A stretch of DNA of 64,000 nt from Nemertoderma westbladi (taxonomy: Eukaryota > Animalia > Xenacoelomorpha). Location: contig JAUCBJ010000732.1 of the NCBI GenBank assembly GCA_032718475.1, forward strand, positions 63,095-127,094, read 5' to 3'. The stretch's first letter is position 1; each line of letters starts with the position of its first letter. Both the position numbers and the translations under genes were made by a program. Below, in pieces: positions 34,638-49,800 of the stretch. The notes beneath the pieces were generated by a model. It had not been told where the DNA came from. It was given only the letters and a program-made list of their open reading frames with translations, and searched no databases.

Positions 34638-34821
34638 CTAACTAAGGAAAATCCGTTGCTATGGACCCCGGATGACGCTATTCCTATAACTGCGTCACCG
34701 GGCGTGACGTCACTGGGTTCCTTCGGCAACACGAGGGACCGCTCAACCGCACCGACGGCGAATCCGGCTACATCGTAATCGCCGTCCCGGTACATTCCCG
34801 GCATCTCGGCCGTCTCGCCAC
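34638..34821 (-). CDS. GART: GART exon (AIR synthetase)
   Basis: GTTTAG| acceptor at 34822; (G)[27 protein letters not shown]...[18 protein letters not shown]; donor TTAG|GTCAGT. Confidence 0.95.
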
Positions 34822-37800
34822 CTAAACGGGTGAGTAAAGAGCGGGAAATTCAAACACCATCTAGGGGACGTATATAGAAACACATACACCTAAACGGGTG
34901 AGTAAAGGGCGGGAAATTCAAACACCATCTAGGGGACATATATAGAAACACATACACCTAAACGGGTGAGTAAAGAGCGGTAAATTCAAACACCATCTAG
35001 GGGACGCATATAGAAACACATACACCTAAACGGGTGAGTAAAGAGCGGGAAATTCAAACACCATCTAGGGGACGCATATAGAAACACATACACCTAAACG
35101 GGTGAGTAAAGCGCGGGAAATTCAAACACCATCTAGGGGACGTATATAGAAACACATACACCTAAACGGGTGAGTAAAGAGCGGGAAATTCAAACACCAT
35201 CTAGGGGACGCATATAGAAACACATACACCTAAACGGGTGAGTAAAGAGCGGGAAATTCAAACACCATCTAGGGGACGCATATAGAAACACATACACCGA
35301 AACGGGTGAGTAAAGAGCGGGAAATTCAAACACCATCTAGGGGACGCATATAGAAACACATACACCTAAACGGGTGAGTAAAGAGCGGGAAATTCAAACA
35401 CCATCTAGGGGACGTTAATAGAAACACATACACCTAAACGGGTGAGTAAAGAGCGGGAAATTCAAACACCATCTAGGGGACGTATATAGAAACACATACA
35501 CCGAAACGGGTGAGTAAAGAGCGGGAAATTCAAACACAATCTAGGGGACGCATATAGAAACACATACACCGAAACGGGTGAGTAAAGAGCGAGACATTCA
35601 AACACCATCTAGGGGACGTATATAGAAACACATACACCTAAACGGGTGAGTAAAGAGCGGGAAATTCAAACACCATCTAGGGGACATATATAGATACACA
35701 TACACCGAAACGGGTGAGTAAAGAGCGGGAAATTCAAACACCATCTAGTGGACTAGAAACACATACACCGAAACGGGTGAGTAAAGAGCGGGAAATTCAA
35801 ACACCATCTAGGGGACGTATATAGAAACACATACACCTAAACGGGTGAGTAAAGAGCGGGAAATTCAAACACCATCTAGGGGACATATATAGATACACAT
35901 ACACCTAAACGGGTGAGTAAAGAGCGGTAAATTCAAACACCATCTAGGGGACGCATATAGAAACACATACACCTAAACGGGTGAGTAAAGAGCGGGAAAT
36001 TCAAACACCATCTAGTGGACTAGAAACACATACACCGAAACGGGTGAGTAAAGAGCGGTAAATTCAAACACCATCTAGGGGACGTATATAGAAACACATA
36101 CACCTAAACGGGTGAGTAAAGAGCGGGAAATTCAAGCACAATCAAGGGGACGTATATAGAAACACATACACCTAAACGGGTGAGTAAAGAGCGGTAAATT
36201 CAAACACCATCTAGGGGACGTATATAGAAACACATACACCTAAACGGGTGAGTAAAGAGCGGGAAATTCAAGCACAATCAAGGGGACGTATATAGAAACA
36301 CATACACCTAAACGGGTGAGTAAAGAGCGGGAAATTCAAACACAATCTAGGGGACGCATATAGAAACACATACACCTAAACGGGTGAGTAAAGAGCGGGA
36401 AATTCAAACACCATCTAGGGGACGTTAATAGAAACACATACACCTAAACGGGTGAGTAAAGAGCGGGAAATTCAAACACCATCTAGGGGACGTATATAGA
36501 AACACATACACCTAAACGGGTGAGTAAAGAGCGGGAAATTCAAACACCATCTAGGGGACGTATATAGAAACACATACACCTAAACGGGTGAGTAAAGAGC
36601 GAGACATTCAAACACCATCTAGGACACGTATATAGAAACACATACACCTAAACGGGTGAGTAAAGAGCGGGAAATTCAAGCACAATCAAGGGGACGCATA
36701 TAGAAACACATACACCTAAACGGGTGAGTAAAGAGCGGTAAATTCAAACACCATCTAGGGGACGTATATAGAAACACATACACCTAAACGGGTGAGTAAA
36801 GAGCGGGAAATTCAAACACCATCTAGGGGACGTATATAGAAACACATACACCTAAACGGGTGAGTAAAGAGCGAGACATTCAAACACCATCTAGGACACG
36901 TATATAGAAACACATACACCTAAACGGGTGAGTAAAGGGCGGGAAATTCAAACACCATCTAGGGGACGTTAATAGAAACACATACACCTAAACGGGTGAG
37001 TAAAGAGCGAGACATTCAAACACCATCTAGGGGACGTTAATAGAAACACATACACCTAAACGGGTGAGTAAAGAGCGGGAAATTCAAACACCATCTAGGG
37101 GACGTATATAGAAACACATACACCTAAACGGGTGAGTAAAGAGCGGGAAATTCAAACACCATCTAGGGGACGCTAATAGAAACACATACACCTAAACGGG
37201 TGAGTAAAGAGCGGGAAATTCAAACACCATCTAGGGGACGTTAATAGAAACACATACACCTAAACGGGTGAGTAAAGAGCGAGACATTCAAACACCATCT
37301 AGGGGACGTATATAGAAACACATACACCGAAACGGGTGAGTAAAGAGCGGTAAATTCAAACACCATCTAGGGGACGTTAATAGAAACACATACACCTAAA
37401 CGGGTGAGTAAAGAGCGAGACATTCAAACACCATCTAGGGGACGTATATAGAAACACATACACCTAAACGGGTGAGTAAAGAGCGGGAAATTCAAACACC
37501 ATCTAGGGGACGCATATAGAAACACATACACCTAAACGGGTGAGTAAAGAGCGGGAAATTCAAACACCATCTAGGGGACGCATATAGAAACACATACACC
37601 GAAACGGGTGAGTAAAGAGCGGTAAATTCAAACACCATCTAGGGGACGTTAATAGAAACACATACACCTAAACGGGTGAGTAAAGAGCGGTAAATTCAAA
37701 CACCATCTAGGGGACGTTAATAGAAACACATACACCTAAACGGGTGAGTAAAGAGCGGGAAATTCAAACACCATCTAGGGGACGCATATAGAAACACATA

Positions 37801-40800
37801 CACCGAAACGGGTGAGTAAAGAGCGGTAAATTCAAACACCATCTAGGGGACGTTAATAGAAACACATACACCTAAACGGGTGAGTAAAGATCGGTAAATT
37901 CAAACACCATCTAGGGGACGTATATAGAAACACATACACCTAAACGGGTGAGTAAAGAGCGGCAAATTCAAACACCATCTAGGGGATGTTAATAGAAACA
38001 CATACACCTAAACGGGTGAGTAAAGGGCGGGAAATTCAAACACCATCTAGGGGACGTTAATAGAAACACATACACCTAAACGGGTGAGTAAAGAGCGAGA
38101 CATTCAAACACCATCTAGGGGACGTATATAGAAACACATACACCTAAACGGGTGAGTAAAGAGCGGGAAATTCAAACACCATCTAGGGGATGTTAATAGA
38201 AACACATACACCTAAACGGGTGAGTAAAGGGCGGGAAATTCAAACACCATCTAGGGGATGTTAATAGAAACACATACACCTAAACGGGTGAGTAAAGAGC
38301 GGGAAATTCAAACACCATCTAGGGGACGCATATAGAAACACATACACCGAAACGGGTGAGTAAAGAGCGGTAAATTCAAACACCATCTAGGGGACGTTAA
38401 TAGAAACACATACACCTAAACGGGTGAGTAAAGAGCGGGAAATTCAAACACCATCTAGGGGACGTTAATAGAAACACATACACCTAAACGGGTGAGTAAA
38501 GGGCGGGAAATTCAAACACCATCTAGGGGACGCATATAGAAACACATACACCGAAACGGGTGAGTAAAGAGCGGTAAATTCAAACACCATCTAGGGGACG
38601 TTAATAGAAACACATACACCTAAACGGGTGAGTAAAGAGCGGGAAATTCAAACACCATCTAGGGGACGTATATAGAAACACATACACCGAAACGGGTGAG
38701 TAAAGAGCGGTAAATTCAAACACCATCTAGGGGACGTATATAGAAACACATACACCTAAACGGGTGAGTAAAGAGCGGGAAATTCAAGCACAATCAAGGG
38801 GACGTATATAGAAACACATACACCTAAACGGGTGAGTAAAGAGCGGGAAATTCAAACACAATCTAGGGGACGCATATAGAAACACATACACCTAAACGGG
38901 TGAGTAAAGAGCGGGAAATTCAAACACCATCTAGGGGACGTTAATAGAAACACATACACCTAAACGGGTGAGTAAAGAGCGGGAAATTCAAACACCATCT
39001 AGGGGACGTATATAGAAACACATACACCTAAACGGGTGAGTAAAGAGCGGGAAATTCAAACACCATCTAGGGGACGTATATAGAAACACATACACCTAAA
39101 CGGGTGAGTAAAGAGCGAGACATTCAAACACCATCTAGGACACGTATATAGAAACACATACACCTAAACGGGTGAGTAAAGAGCGGGAAATTCAAGCACA
39201 ATCAAGGGGACGCATATAGAAACACATACACCTAAACGGGTGAGTAAAGAGCGGTAAATTCAAACACCATCTAGGGGACGTATATAGAAACACATACACC
39301 TAAACGGGTGAGTAAAGAGCGGGAAATTCAAACACCATCTAGGGGACGTATATAGAAACACATACACCTAAACGGGTGAGTAAAGAGCGAGACATTCAAA
39401 CACCATCTAGGACACGTATATAGAAACACATACACCTAAACGGGTGAGTAAAGGGCGGGAAATTCAAACACCATCTAGGGGACGTTAATAGAAACACATA
39501 CACCTAAACGGGTGAGTAAAGAGCGAGACATTCAAACACCATCTAGGGGACGTTAATAGAAACACATACACCTAAACGGGTGAGTAAAGAGCGGGAAATT
39601 CAAACACCATCTAGGGGACGTATATAGAAACACATACACCTAAACGGGTGAGTAAAGAGCGGGAAATTCAAACACCATCTAGGGGACGTTAATAGAAACA
39701 CATACACCTAAACGGGTGAGTAAAGAGCGGGAAATTCAAACACCATCTAGGGGACGTTAATAGAAACACATACACCTAAACGGGTGAGTAAAGAGCGAGA
39801 CATTCAAACACCATCTAGGGGACGTATATAGAAACACATACACCGAAACGGGTGAGTAAAGAGCGGTAAATTCAAACACCATCTAGGGGACGTTAATAGA
39901 AACACATACACCTAAACGGGTGAGTAAAGAGCGAGACATTCAAACACCATCTAGGGGACGTATATAGAAACACATACACCTAAACGGGTGAGTAAAGAGC
40001 GGGAAATTCAAACACCATCTAGGGGACGCATATAGAAACACATACACCTAAACGGGTGAGTAAAGAGCGGGAAATTCAAACACCATCTAGGGGACGCATA
40101 TAGAAACACATACACCGAAACGGGTGAGTAAAGAGCGGTAAATTCAAACACCATCTAGGGGACGTTAATAGAAACACATACACCTAAACGGGTGAGTAAA
40201 GAGCGGTAAATTCAAACACCATCTAGGGGACGTTAATAGAAACACATACACCTAAACGGGTGAGTAAAGAGCGGGAAATTCAAACACCATCTAGGGGACG
40301 CATATAGAAACACATACACCGAAACGGGTGAGTAAAGAGCGGTAAATTCAAACACCATCTAGGGGACGTTAATAGAAACACATACACCTAAACGGGTGAG
40401 TAAAGATCGGTAAATTCAAACACCATCTAGGGGACGTATATAGAAACACATACACCTAAACGGGTGAGTAAAGAGCGGCAAATTCAAACACCATCTAGGG
40501 GATGTTAATAGAAACACATACACCTAAACGGGTGAGTAAAGGGCGGGAAATTCAAACACCATCTAGGGGACGTATATAGAAACACATACACCTAAACGGG
40601 TGAGTAAAGAGCGGGAAATTCAAACACCATCTAGGGGACGTATATAGAAACACATACACCTAAACGGGTGAGTAAAGAGCGGGAAATTCAAACACCATCT
40701 AGGGGACGTATATAGAAACACATACACCTAAACGGGTGAGTAAAGGGCGGGAAATTCAAACACCATCTAGGGGATGTTAATAGAAACACATACACCTAAA

Positions 40801-43800
40801 CGGGTGAGTAAAGAGCGGGAAATTCAAACACCATCTAGGGGACGCATATAGAAACACATACACCGAAACGGGTGAGTAAAGAGCGGTAAATTCAAACACC
40901 ATCTAGGGGACGTTAATAGAAACACATACACCTAAACGGGTGAGTAAAGAGCGGGAAATTCAAACACCATCTAGGGGACGTTAATAGAAACACATACACC
41001 TAAACGGGTGAGTAAAGAGCGGGAAATTCAAACACCATCTAGGGGACGCATATAGAAACACATACACCGAAACGGGTGAGTAAAGAGCGGTAAATTCAAA
41101 CACCATCTAGGGGACGTTAATAGAAACACATACACCTAAACGGGTGAGTAAAGAGCGGGAAATTCAAACACCATCTAGGGGACGTATATAGAAACACATA
41201 CACCGAAACGGGTGAGTAAAGAGCGGTAAATTCAAACACCATCTAGGGGACGTTAATAGAAACACATACACCTAAACGGGTGAGTAAAGAGCGAGACATT
41301 CAAACACCATCTAGGGGACGTTAATAGAAACACATACACCTATACGGGTGAGTAAAGAGCGGGAAATTCAAACACCATCTAGGGGATGTTAATAGAAACA
41401 CATACACCTAAACGGGTGAGTAAAGAGCGAGACATTCAAACACCATCTAGGGGACGTATATAGAAACACATACACCTAAACGGGTGAGTAAAGAGCGGGA
41501 AATTCAAACACCATCTAGGGGACGCATATAGAAACACATACACCGAAACGGGTGAGTAAAGAGCGGGAAATTCAAACACCATCTAGGGGACGTATATAGA
41601 TACACATACACCTAAACGGGTTAGTAAAGAGCGGTAAATTCAAACACCATCTAGGGGACGTATATAGAAACACATACACCTAAACGGGTGAGTAAAGAGC
41701 GAGACATTCAAACACCATCTAGGGGACGTATATAGAAACACATACACCTAAACGGGTGAGTAAAGAGCGGGAAATTCAAACACCATCTAGGGGACGCATA
41801 TAGAAACACATACACCTAAACGGGTGAGTAAAGAGCGGGAAATTCAAACACCATCTAGGGGACGCATATAGAAACACATACACCGAAACGGGTGAGTAAA
41901 GAGCGGGAAATTCAAACACCATCTAGGGGACGTATATAGAAACACATACACCTAAACGGGTGAGTAAAGAGCGGGAAATTCAAACACCATCTAGGGGACG
42001 TATATAGAAACACATACACCTAAACGGGTGAGTAAAGAGCGGGAAATTCAAACACCATCTAGGGGACGTTAATAGATACACATACACCTAAACGGGTGAG
42101 TAAAGAGCGGGAAATTCAAACACCATCTAGGGGATGTTAATAGAAACACATACACCTAAACGGGTGAGTAAAGAGCGGGAAATTCAAACACCATCTAGGG
42201 GACGCATATAGAAACACATACACCGAAACGGGTGAGTAAAGAGCGGGAAATTCAAACACCATCTAGGGGACGTATATAGATACACATACACCTAAACGGG
42301 TGAGTAAAGAGCGGGAAATTCAAACACCATCTAGGGGATGTTAATAGAAACACATACACCTAAACGGGTGAGTAAAGAGCGGGAAATTCAAACACCATCT
42401 AGGGGACGCATATAGAAACACATACACCTAAACGGGTGAGTAAAGAGCGGGAAATTCAAACACCATCTAGGGGATGTTAATAGAAACACATACACCTAAA
42501 CGGGTGAGTAAAGAGCGGGAAATTCAAACACCATCTAGGGGACGCATATAGAAACACATACACCGAAACGGGTGAGTAAAGAGCGGGAAATTCAAACACC
42601 ATCTAGGGGACGTATATAGATACACATACACCTAAACGGGTGAGTAAAGAGCGGGAAATTCAAACACCATCTAGGGGATGTTAATAGAAACACATACACC
42701 TAAACGGGTGAGTAAAGAGCGGGAAATTCAAACACCATCTAGGGGACGCATATAGAAACACATACACCTAAACGGGTGAGTAAAGAGCGGGAAATTCAAA
42801 CACCATCTAGGGGACGCATATAGAAACACATACACCTAAACGGGTGAGTAAAGAGCGGTAAATTCAAACACAATCTAGGGGACATATATAGATACACATA
42901 CACCTAAACGGGTGAGTAAAGAGCGGGAAATTCAAACACCATCTAGGGGACGTATATAGATACACATACACCTAAACGGGTGAGTAAAGAGAGGGAAATT
43001 CAAACACCATCTAGGGGACGCATATAGAAACACATACACCGAAACGGGTGAGTAAAGAGCGGGAAATTCAAACACCATCTAGGGGACGTATATAGAAACA
43101 CATACACCTAAACGGGTGAGTAAAGAGCGGGAAATTCAAACACCATCTAGGGGACGTATATAGAAACACATACCCCTAAACGGGTGAGTAAAGAGCGGGA
43201 AATTCAAACACCATCTAGGGGACGTATATAGAAACACATACACCTAAACGGGTGAGTAAAGAGCGGGAAATTCAAACACCATCTAGGGGACGTATATAGA
43301 AACACATACACCTAAACGGGTGAGTAAAGAGCGGGAAATTCAAACACCATCTAGGGGATGTTAATAGAAACACATACACCTAAACGGGTGAGTAAAGAGC
43401 GGGAAATTCAAACACCATCTAGGGGATGTTAATAGAAACACATACACCTAAACGGGTGAGTAAAGAGCGGGAAATTCAAACACCATCTAGGGGACGCATA
43501 TAGAAACACATACACCGAAACGGGTGAGTAAAGAGCGGTAAATTCAAACACCATCTAGGGGACGTTAATAGAAACACATACACCTAAACGGGTGAGTAAA
43601 GAGCGGGAAATTCAAACACCATCTAGGGGACGTTAATAGAAACACATACACCTAAACGGGTGAGTAAAGAGCGGGAAATTCAAACACCATCTAGGGGACG
43701 CATATAGAAACACATACACCGAAACGGGTGAGTAAAGAGCGGTAAATTCAAACACCATCTAGGGGACGTTAATAGAAACACATACACCTAAACGGGTGAG

Positions 43801-46800
43801 TAAAGAGCGGGAAATTCAAACACCATCTAGGGGACGTATATAGAAACACATACACCTAAACGGGTGAGTAAAGAGCGAGACATTCAAACACCATCTAGGG
43901 GACGTTAATAGAAACACATACACCTATACGGGTGAGTAAAGAGCGGGAAATTCAAACACCATCTAGGGGATGTTAATAGAAACACATACACCTAAACGGG
44001 TGAGTAAAGAGCGAGACATTCAAACACCATCTAGGGGACGTATATAGAAACACATACACCTAAACGGGTGAGTAAAGAGCGGGAAATTCAAACACCATCT
44101 AGGGGACGCATATAGAAACACATACACCGAAACGGGTGAGTAAAGAGCGGGAAATTCAAACACCATCTAGGGGACGTATATAGATACACATACACCTAAA
44201 CGGGTGAGTAAAGAGCGGTAAATTCAAACACCATCTAGGGGACGTATATAGAAACACATACACCTAAACGGGTGAGTAAAGAGCGAGACATTCAAACACC
44301 ATCTAGGGGACGTATATAGAAACACATACACCTAAACGGGTGAGTAAAGAGCGGGAAATTCAAACACCATCTAGGGGACGCATATAGAAACACATACACC
44401 TAAACGGGTGAGTAAAGAGCGGGAAATTCAAACACCATCTAGGGGACGTTAATAGAAACACATACACCTAAACGGGTGAGTAAAGAGCGGGAAATTCAAA
44501 CACCATCTAGGGGACGTATATAGATACACATACACCTAAACGGGTGAGTAAAGAGCGGGAAATTCAAACACCATCTAGGGGACGTATATAGAAACACATA
44601 CACCGAAACGGGTGAGTAAAGAGCGGGAAATTCAAACACCATCTAGGGGACGTTAATAGAAACACATACACCTAAACGGGTGAGTAAAGAGCGGGAAATT
44701 CAAACACCATCTAGGGGACGTATATAGATACACATACACCTAAACGGGTGAGTAAAGAGCGGGAAATTCAAACACCATCTAGGGGATGTTAATAGAAACA
44801 CATACACCTAAACGGGTGAGTAAAGAGCGGGAAATTCAAACACCATCTAGGGGACGCATATAGAAACACATACACCGAAACGGGTGAGTAAAGAGCGGGA
44901 AATTCAAACACCATCTAGGGGACGTATATAGATACACATACACCTAAACGGGTGAGTAAAGAGCGGGAAATTCAAACACCATCTAGGGGATGTTAATAGA
45001 AACACATACACCTAAACGGGTGAGTAAAGAGCGGGAAATTCAAACACCATCTAGGGGACGCATATAGAAACACATACACCTAAACGGGTGAGTAAAGGGC
45101 GGTAAATTCAAACACAATCTAGGGGACATATATAGATACACATACACCTAAACGGGTGAGTAAAGAGCGGGAAATTCAAACACCATCTAGGGGACGTATA
45201 TAGATACACATACACCTAAACGGGTGAGTAAAGAGAGGGAAATTCAAACACCATCTAGGGGACGCATATAGAAACACATACACCGAAACGGGTGAGTAAA
45301 GAGCGGGAAATTCAAACACCATCTAGGGGACGTATATAGAAACACATACACCTAAACGGGTGAGTAAAGAGCGGGAAATTCAAACACCATCTAGGGGACG
45401 TATATAGAAACACATACCCCTAAACGGGTGAGTAAAGAGCGGGAAATTCAAACACCATCTAGGGGACGTATATAGAAACACATACACCTAAACGGGTGAG
45501 TAAAGAGCGGGAAATTCAAACACCATCTAGGGGACGCATATAGAAACACATACACCTAAACGGGTGAGTAAAGAGCGGGAAATTCAAACACCATCTAGGG
45601 GACGCATATAGAAACACATACACCGAAACGGGTGAGTAAAGAGCGGGAAATTCAAACACCATCTAGGGGACGTATATAGATATACATACACCTAAACGGG
45701 TGAGTAAAGAGCGGGAAATTCAAACACCATCTAGGGGACGCATATAGATATACATACACCGAAACGGGTGAGTAAAGAGCGGGAAATTCAAACACAATCT
45801 AGGGGACGCATATAGATATACATACACCTAAACGGGTGAGTAAAGATCGGGAAATTCAAACACAATCTAGGGGACGCATATAGATATACATACACCGAAA
45901 CGGGTGAGTAAAGAGCAGGAAATTCAAACACCATCTAGGGGACGTATATAGAAACACATACACCGAAACGGGTGAGTAAAGAGCGGGAAATTCAAACACC
46001 ATCTAGGGGACGTATATAGATACACATACACCTAAACGGGTGAGTAAAGAGCGGGAAATTCAAACACCATCTAGTGGACGTATATAGAAACACATACACC
46101 TAAACTGGTGAGTAAAGAGCGGTAAATTCAAACACCATCTAGGGGACGTTAATAGAAACACATACACCTAAACGGGTGAGTAAAGAGCGGGAAATTCAAA
46201 CACCATCTAGGGGACGTTAATAGAAACACATACACCTAAACGGGTGAGTAAAGAGCGGGAAATTCAAACACCATCTAGTGGACGTATATAGAAACACATA
46301 CACCTAAACGGGTGAGTAAAGAGCGGGAAATTCAAGCACAATCAAGGGGACGTATATAGAAACACATACACCTAAACGGGTGAGTAAAGAGCGGGAAATT
46401 CAAACACCATCTAGGGGACGCATATAGATATACATACACCGAAACGGGTGAGTAAAGAGCGGGAAATTCAAACACAATCTAGGGGACGCATATAGATATA
46501 CATACACCTAAACGGGTGAGTAAAGATCGGGAAATTCAAACACAATCTAGGGGACGCATATAGATATACATACACCGAAACGGGTGAGTAAAGAGCAGGA
46601 AATTCAAACACCATCTAGGGGACGTATATAGAAACACATACACCGAAACGGGTGAGTAAAGAGCGGGAAATTCAAACACCATCTAGGGGACGTATATAGA
46701 AACACATACACCTAAACGGGTGAGTAAAGAGCGGGAAATTCAAACACCATCTAGGGGACGTTAATAGAAACACATACACCTAAACGGGTGAGTAAAGAGC

Positions 46801-49800
46801 GGGAAATTCAAACACCATCTAGGGGACGTATATAGATACACATACACCTAAACGGGTGAGTAAAGAGCGGGAAATTCAAACACCATCTAGTGGACGTATA
46901 TAGAAACACATACACCTAAACTGGTGAGTAAAGAGCGGTAAATTCAAACACCATCTAGGGGACGTTAATAGAAACACATACACCTAAACGGGTGAGTAAA
47001 GAGCGGGAAATTCAAACACAATCTAGGGGACGCATATAGAAACACATACACCTAAACGGGTGAGTAAAGAGCGGGAAATTCAAACACCATCTAGGGGACG
47101 CATATAGAAACACATACACCTAAACGGGTGAGTAAAGAGCGGGAAATTCAAACACCATCTAGGGGACGTAATATAGATACACATACACCGAAACGGGTGA
47201 GTAAAGAGCGGGAAATTCAAACACAATCTAGGGGACGTTAATAGAAACACATACACCTAAACGGGTGAGTAAAGAGCGGGAAATTCAAACACCATCTAGT
47301 GGACGTATATAGAAACACATACACCTAAACGGGTGAGTAAAGAGCGAGACATTCAAACACCATCTAGGGGACGCCTATAGAAACACATACACCTAAACGG
47401 GTGAGTAAAGAGCGGGAAATTCAAACACCATCTAGGGGACGCATATAGAAACACATACACCGAAACGGGTGAGTAAAGAGCGGGAAATTCAAACACAATC
47501 TAGGGGACGTTAATAGAAACACATACACCTAAACGGGTGACTAAAGAGCGGGAAATTCAAACACCATCTAGTGGACGTATATAGAAACACATACACCTAA
47601 ACGGGTGAGTAAAGAGTGGGAAATTCAAACACCATCTAGGGGACGTTAATAGAAACACATACACCTAAACGGGTGAGTAAAGAGCGAGACATTCAAACAC
47701 CATCTAGGGGACGCATATAGAAACACATACACCTAAACGGGTGAGTAAAGAGCGGGAAATTCAAACACCATCTAGGGGACGCATATAGAAACACATACAC
47801 CTAAACGGGTGAGTAAAGAGCGGGAAATTCAAACACCATCTAGGGGACGTATATAGATACACATACACCGAAACGGGTGAGTAAAGAGCGGGAAATTCAA
47901 ACACAATCTAGGGGACGTTAATAGAAACACATACACCTAAACGGGTGAGTAAAGAGCGGGAAATTCAAACACCATCTAGTGGACGTATATAGAAACACAT
48001 ACACCTAAACGGGTGAGTAAAGAGCGAGACATTCAAACACCATCTAGGGGACGTATATAGAAACACATACACCTAAACGGGTGAGTAAAGAGCGGGAAAT
48101 TCAAACACCATCTAGGGGACGCATATAGAAACACATACACCGAAACGGGTGAGTAAAGAGCGGGAAATTCAAACACCATCTAGGGGACGTTAATAGAAAC
48201 ACATACACCTAAACGGGTGACTAAAGAGCGGGAAATTCAAACACCATCTAGTGGACGTATATAGAAACACATACACCTAAACGGGTGAGTAAAGAGTGGG
48301 AAATTCAAACACCATCTAGGGGACGTTAATAGAAACACATACACCTAAACGGGTGAGTAAAGAGCGAGACATTCAAACACCATCTAGGGGACGCATATAG
48401 AAACACATACACCTAAACGGGTGAGTAAAGAGCGGGAAATTCAAACACCATCTAGGGGACGCATATAGAAACACATACACCTAAACGGGTGAGTAAAGAG
48501 CGGGAAATTCAAACACCATCTAGGGGACGTATATAGATACACATACACCGAAACGGGTGAGTAAAGAGCGGGAAATTCAAACACAATCTAGGGGACGTTA
48601 ATAGAAACACATACACCTAAACGGGTGAGTAAAGAGCGGGAAATTCAAACACCATCTAGTGGACGTATATAGAAACACATACACCTAAACGGGTGAGTAA
48701 AGAGCGAGACATTCAAACACCATCTAGGGGACGCCTATAGAAACACATACACCTAAACGGGTGAGTAAAGAGCGGGAAATTCAAACACCATCTAGGGGAC
48801 GCATATAGAAACACATACACCTAAACGGGTGAGTAAAGAGCGGGAAATTCAAACACCATCTAGGGGATGTTAATAGAAACACATACACCTAAACGGGTGA
48901 GTAAAGAGCGAGACATTCAAACACCATCTAGGGGACGTTAATAGAAACACATACACCTAAACGGGTGAGTAAAGAGCGGGAAATTCAAACACCATCTAGG
49001 GGACGTATATAGAAACACATACACCGAAACGGGTGAGTAAAGAGCGGGAAATTCAAACACCATCTAGTGGACGTATATAGAAACACATACACCTAAACGG
49101 GTGAGTAAAGAGCGAGACATTCAAACACCATCTAGGGGACGCCTATAGAAACACATACACCTAAACGGGTGAGTAAAGAGCGGGAAATTCAAACACCATC
49201 TAGGGGACGCATATAGATACACATACACCGAAACGGGTGAGTAAAGAGCGGGAAATTCAAACACAATCTAGGGGACGTTAATAGAAACACATACACCTAA
49301 ACGGGTGAGTAAAGAGCGGGAAATTCAAACACCATCTAGTGGACGTATATAGAAACACATACACCTAAACGGGTGAGTAAAGAGCGAGACATTCAAACAC
49401 CATCTAGGGGACGCCTATAGAAACACATACACCTAAACGGGTGAGTAAAGAGCGGGAAATTCAAACACCATCTAGGGGACGCATATAGAAACACATACAC
49501 CTAAACGGGTGAGTAAAGAGCGGGAAATTCAAACACCATCTAGGGGATGTTAATAGAAACACATACACCTAAACGGGTGAGTAAAGAGCGAGACATTCAA
49601 ACACCATCTAGGGGACGTTAATAGAAACACATACACCTAAACGGGTGAGTAAAGAGCGGGAAATTCAAACACCATCTAGGGGACGTATATAGATACACAT
49701 ACACCTAAACGGGTGAGTAAAGAGCGGGAAATTCAAACACCATCTAGTGGACGTATATAGAAACACATACACCTAAACTGGTGAGTAAAGAGCGGTAAAT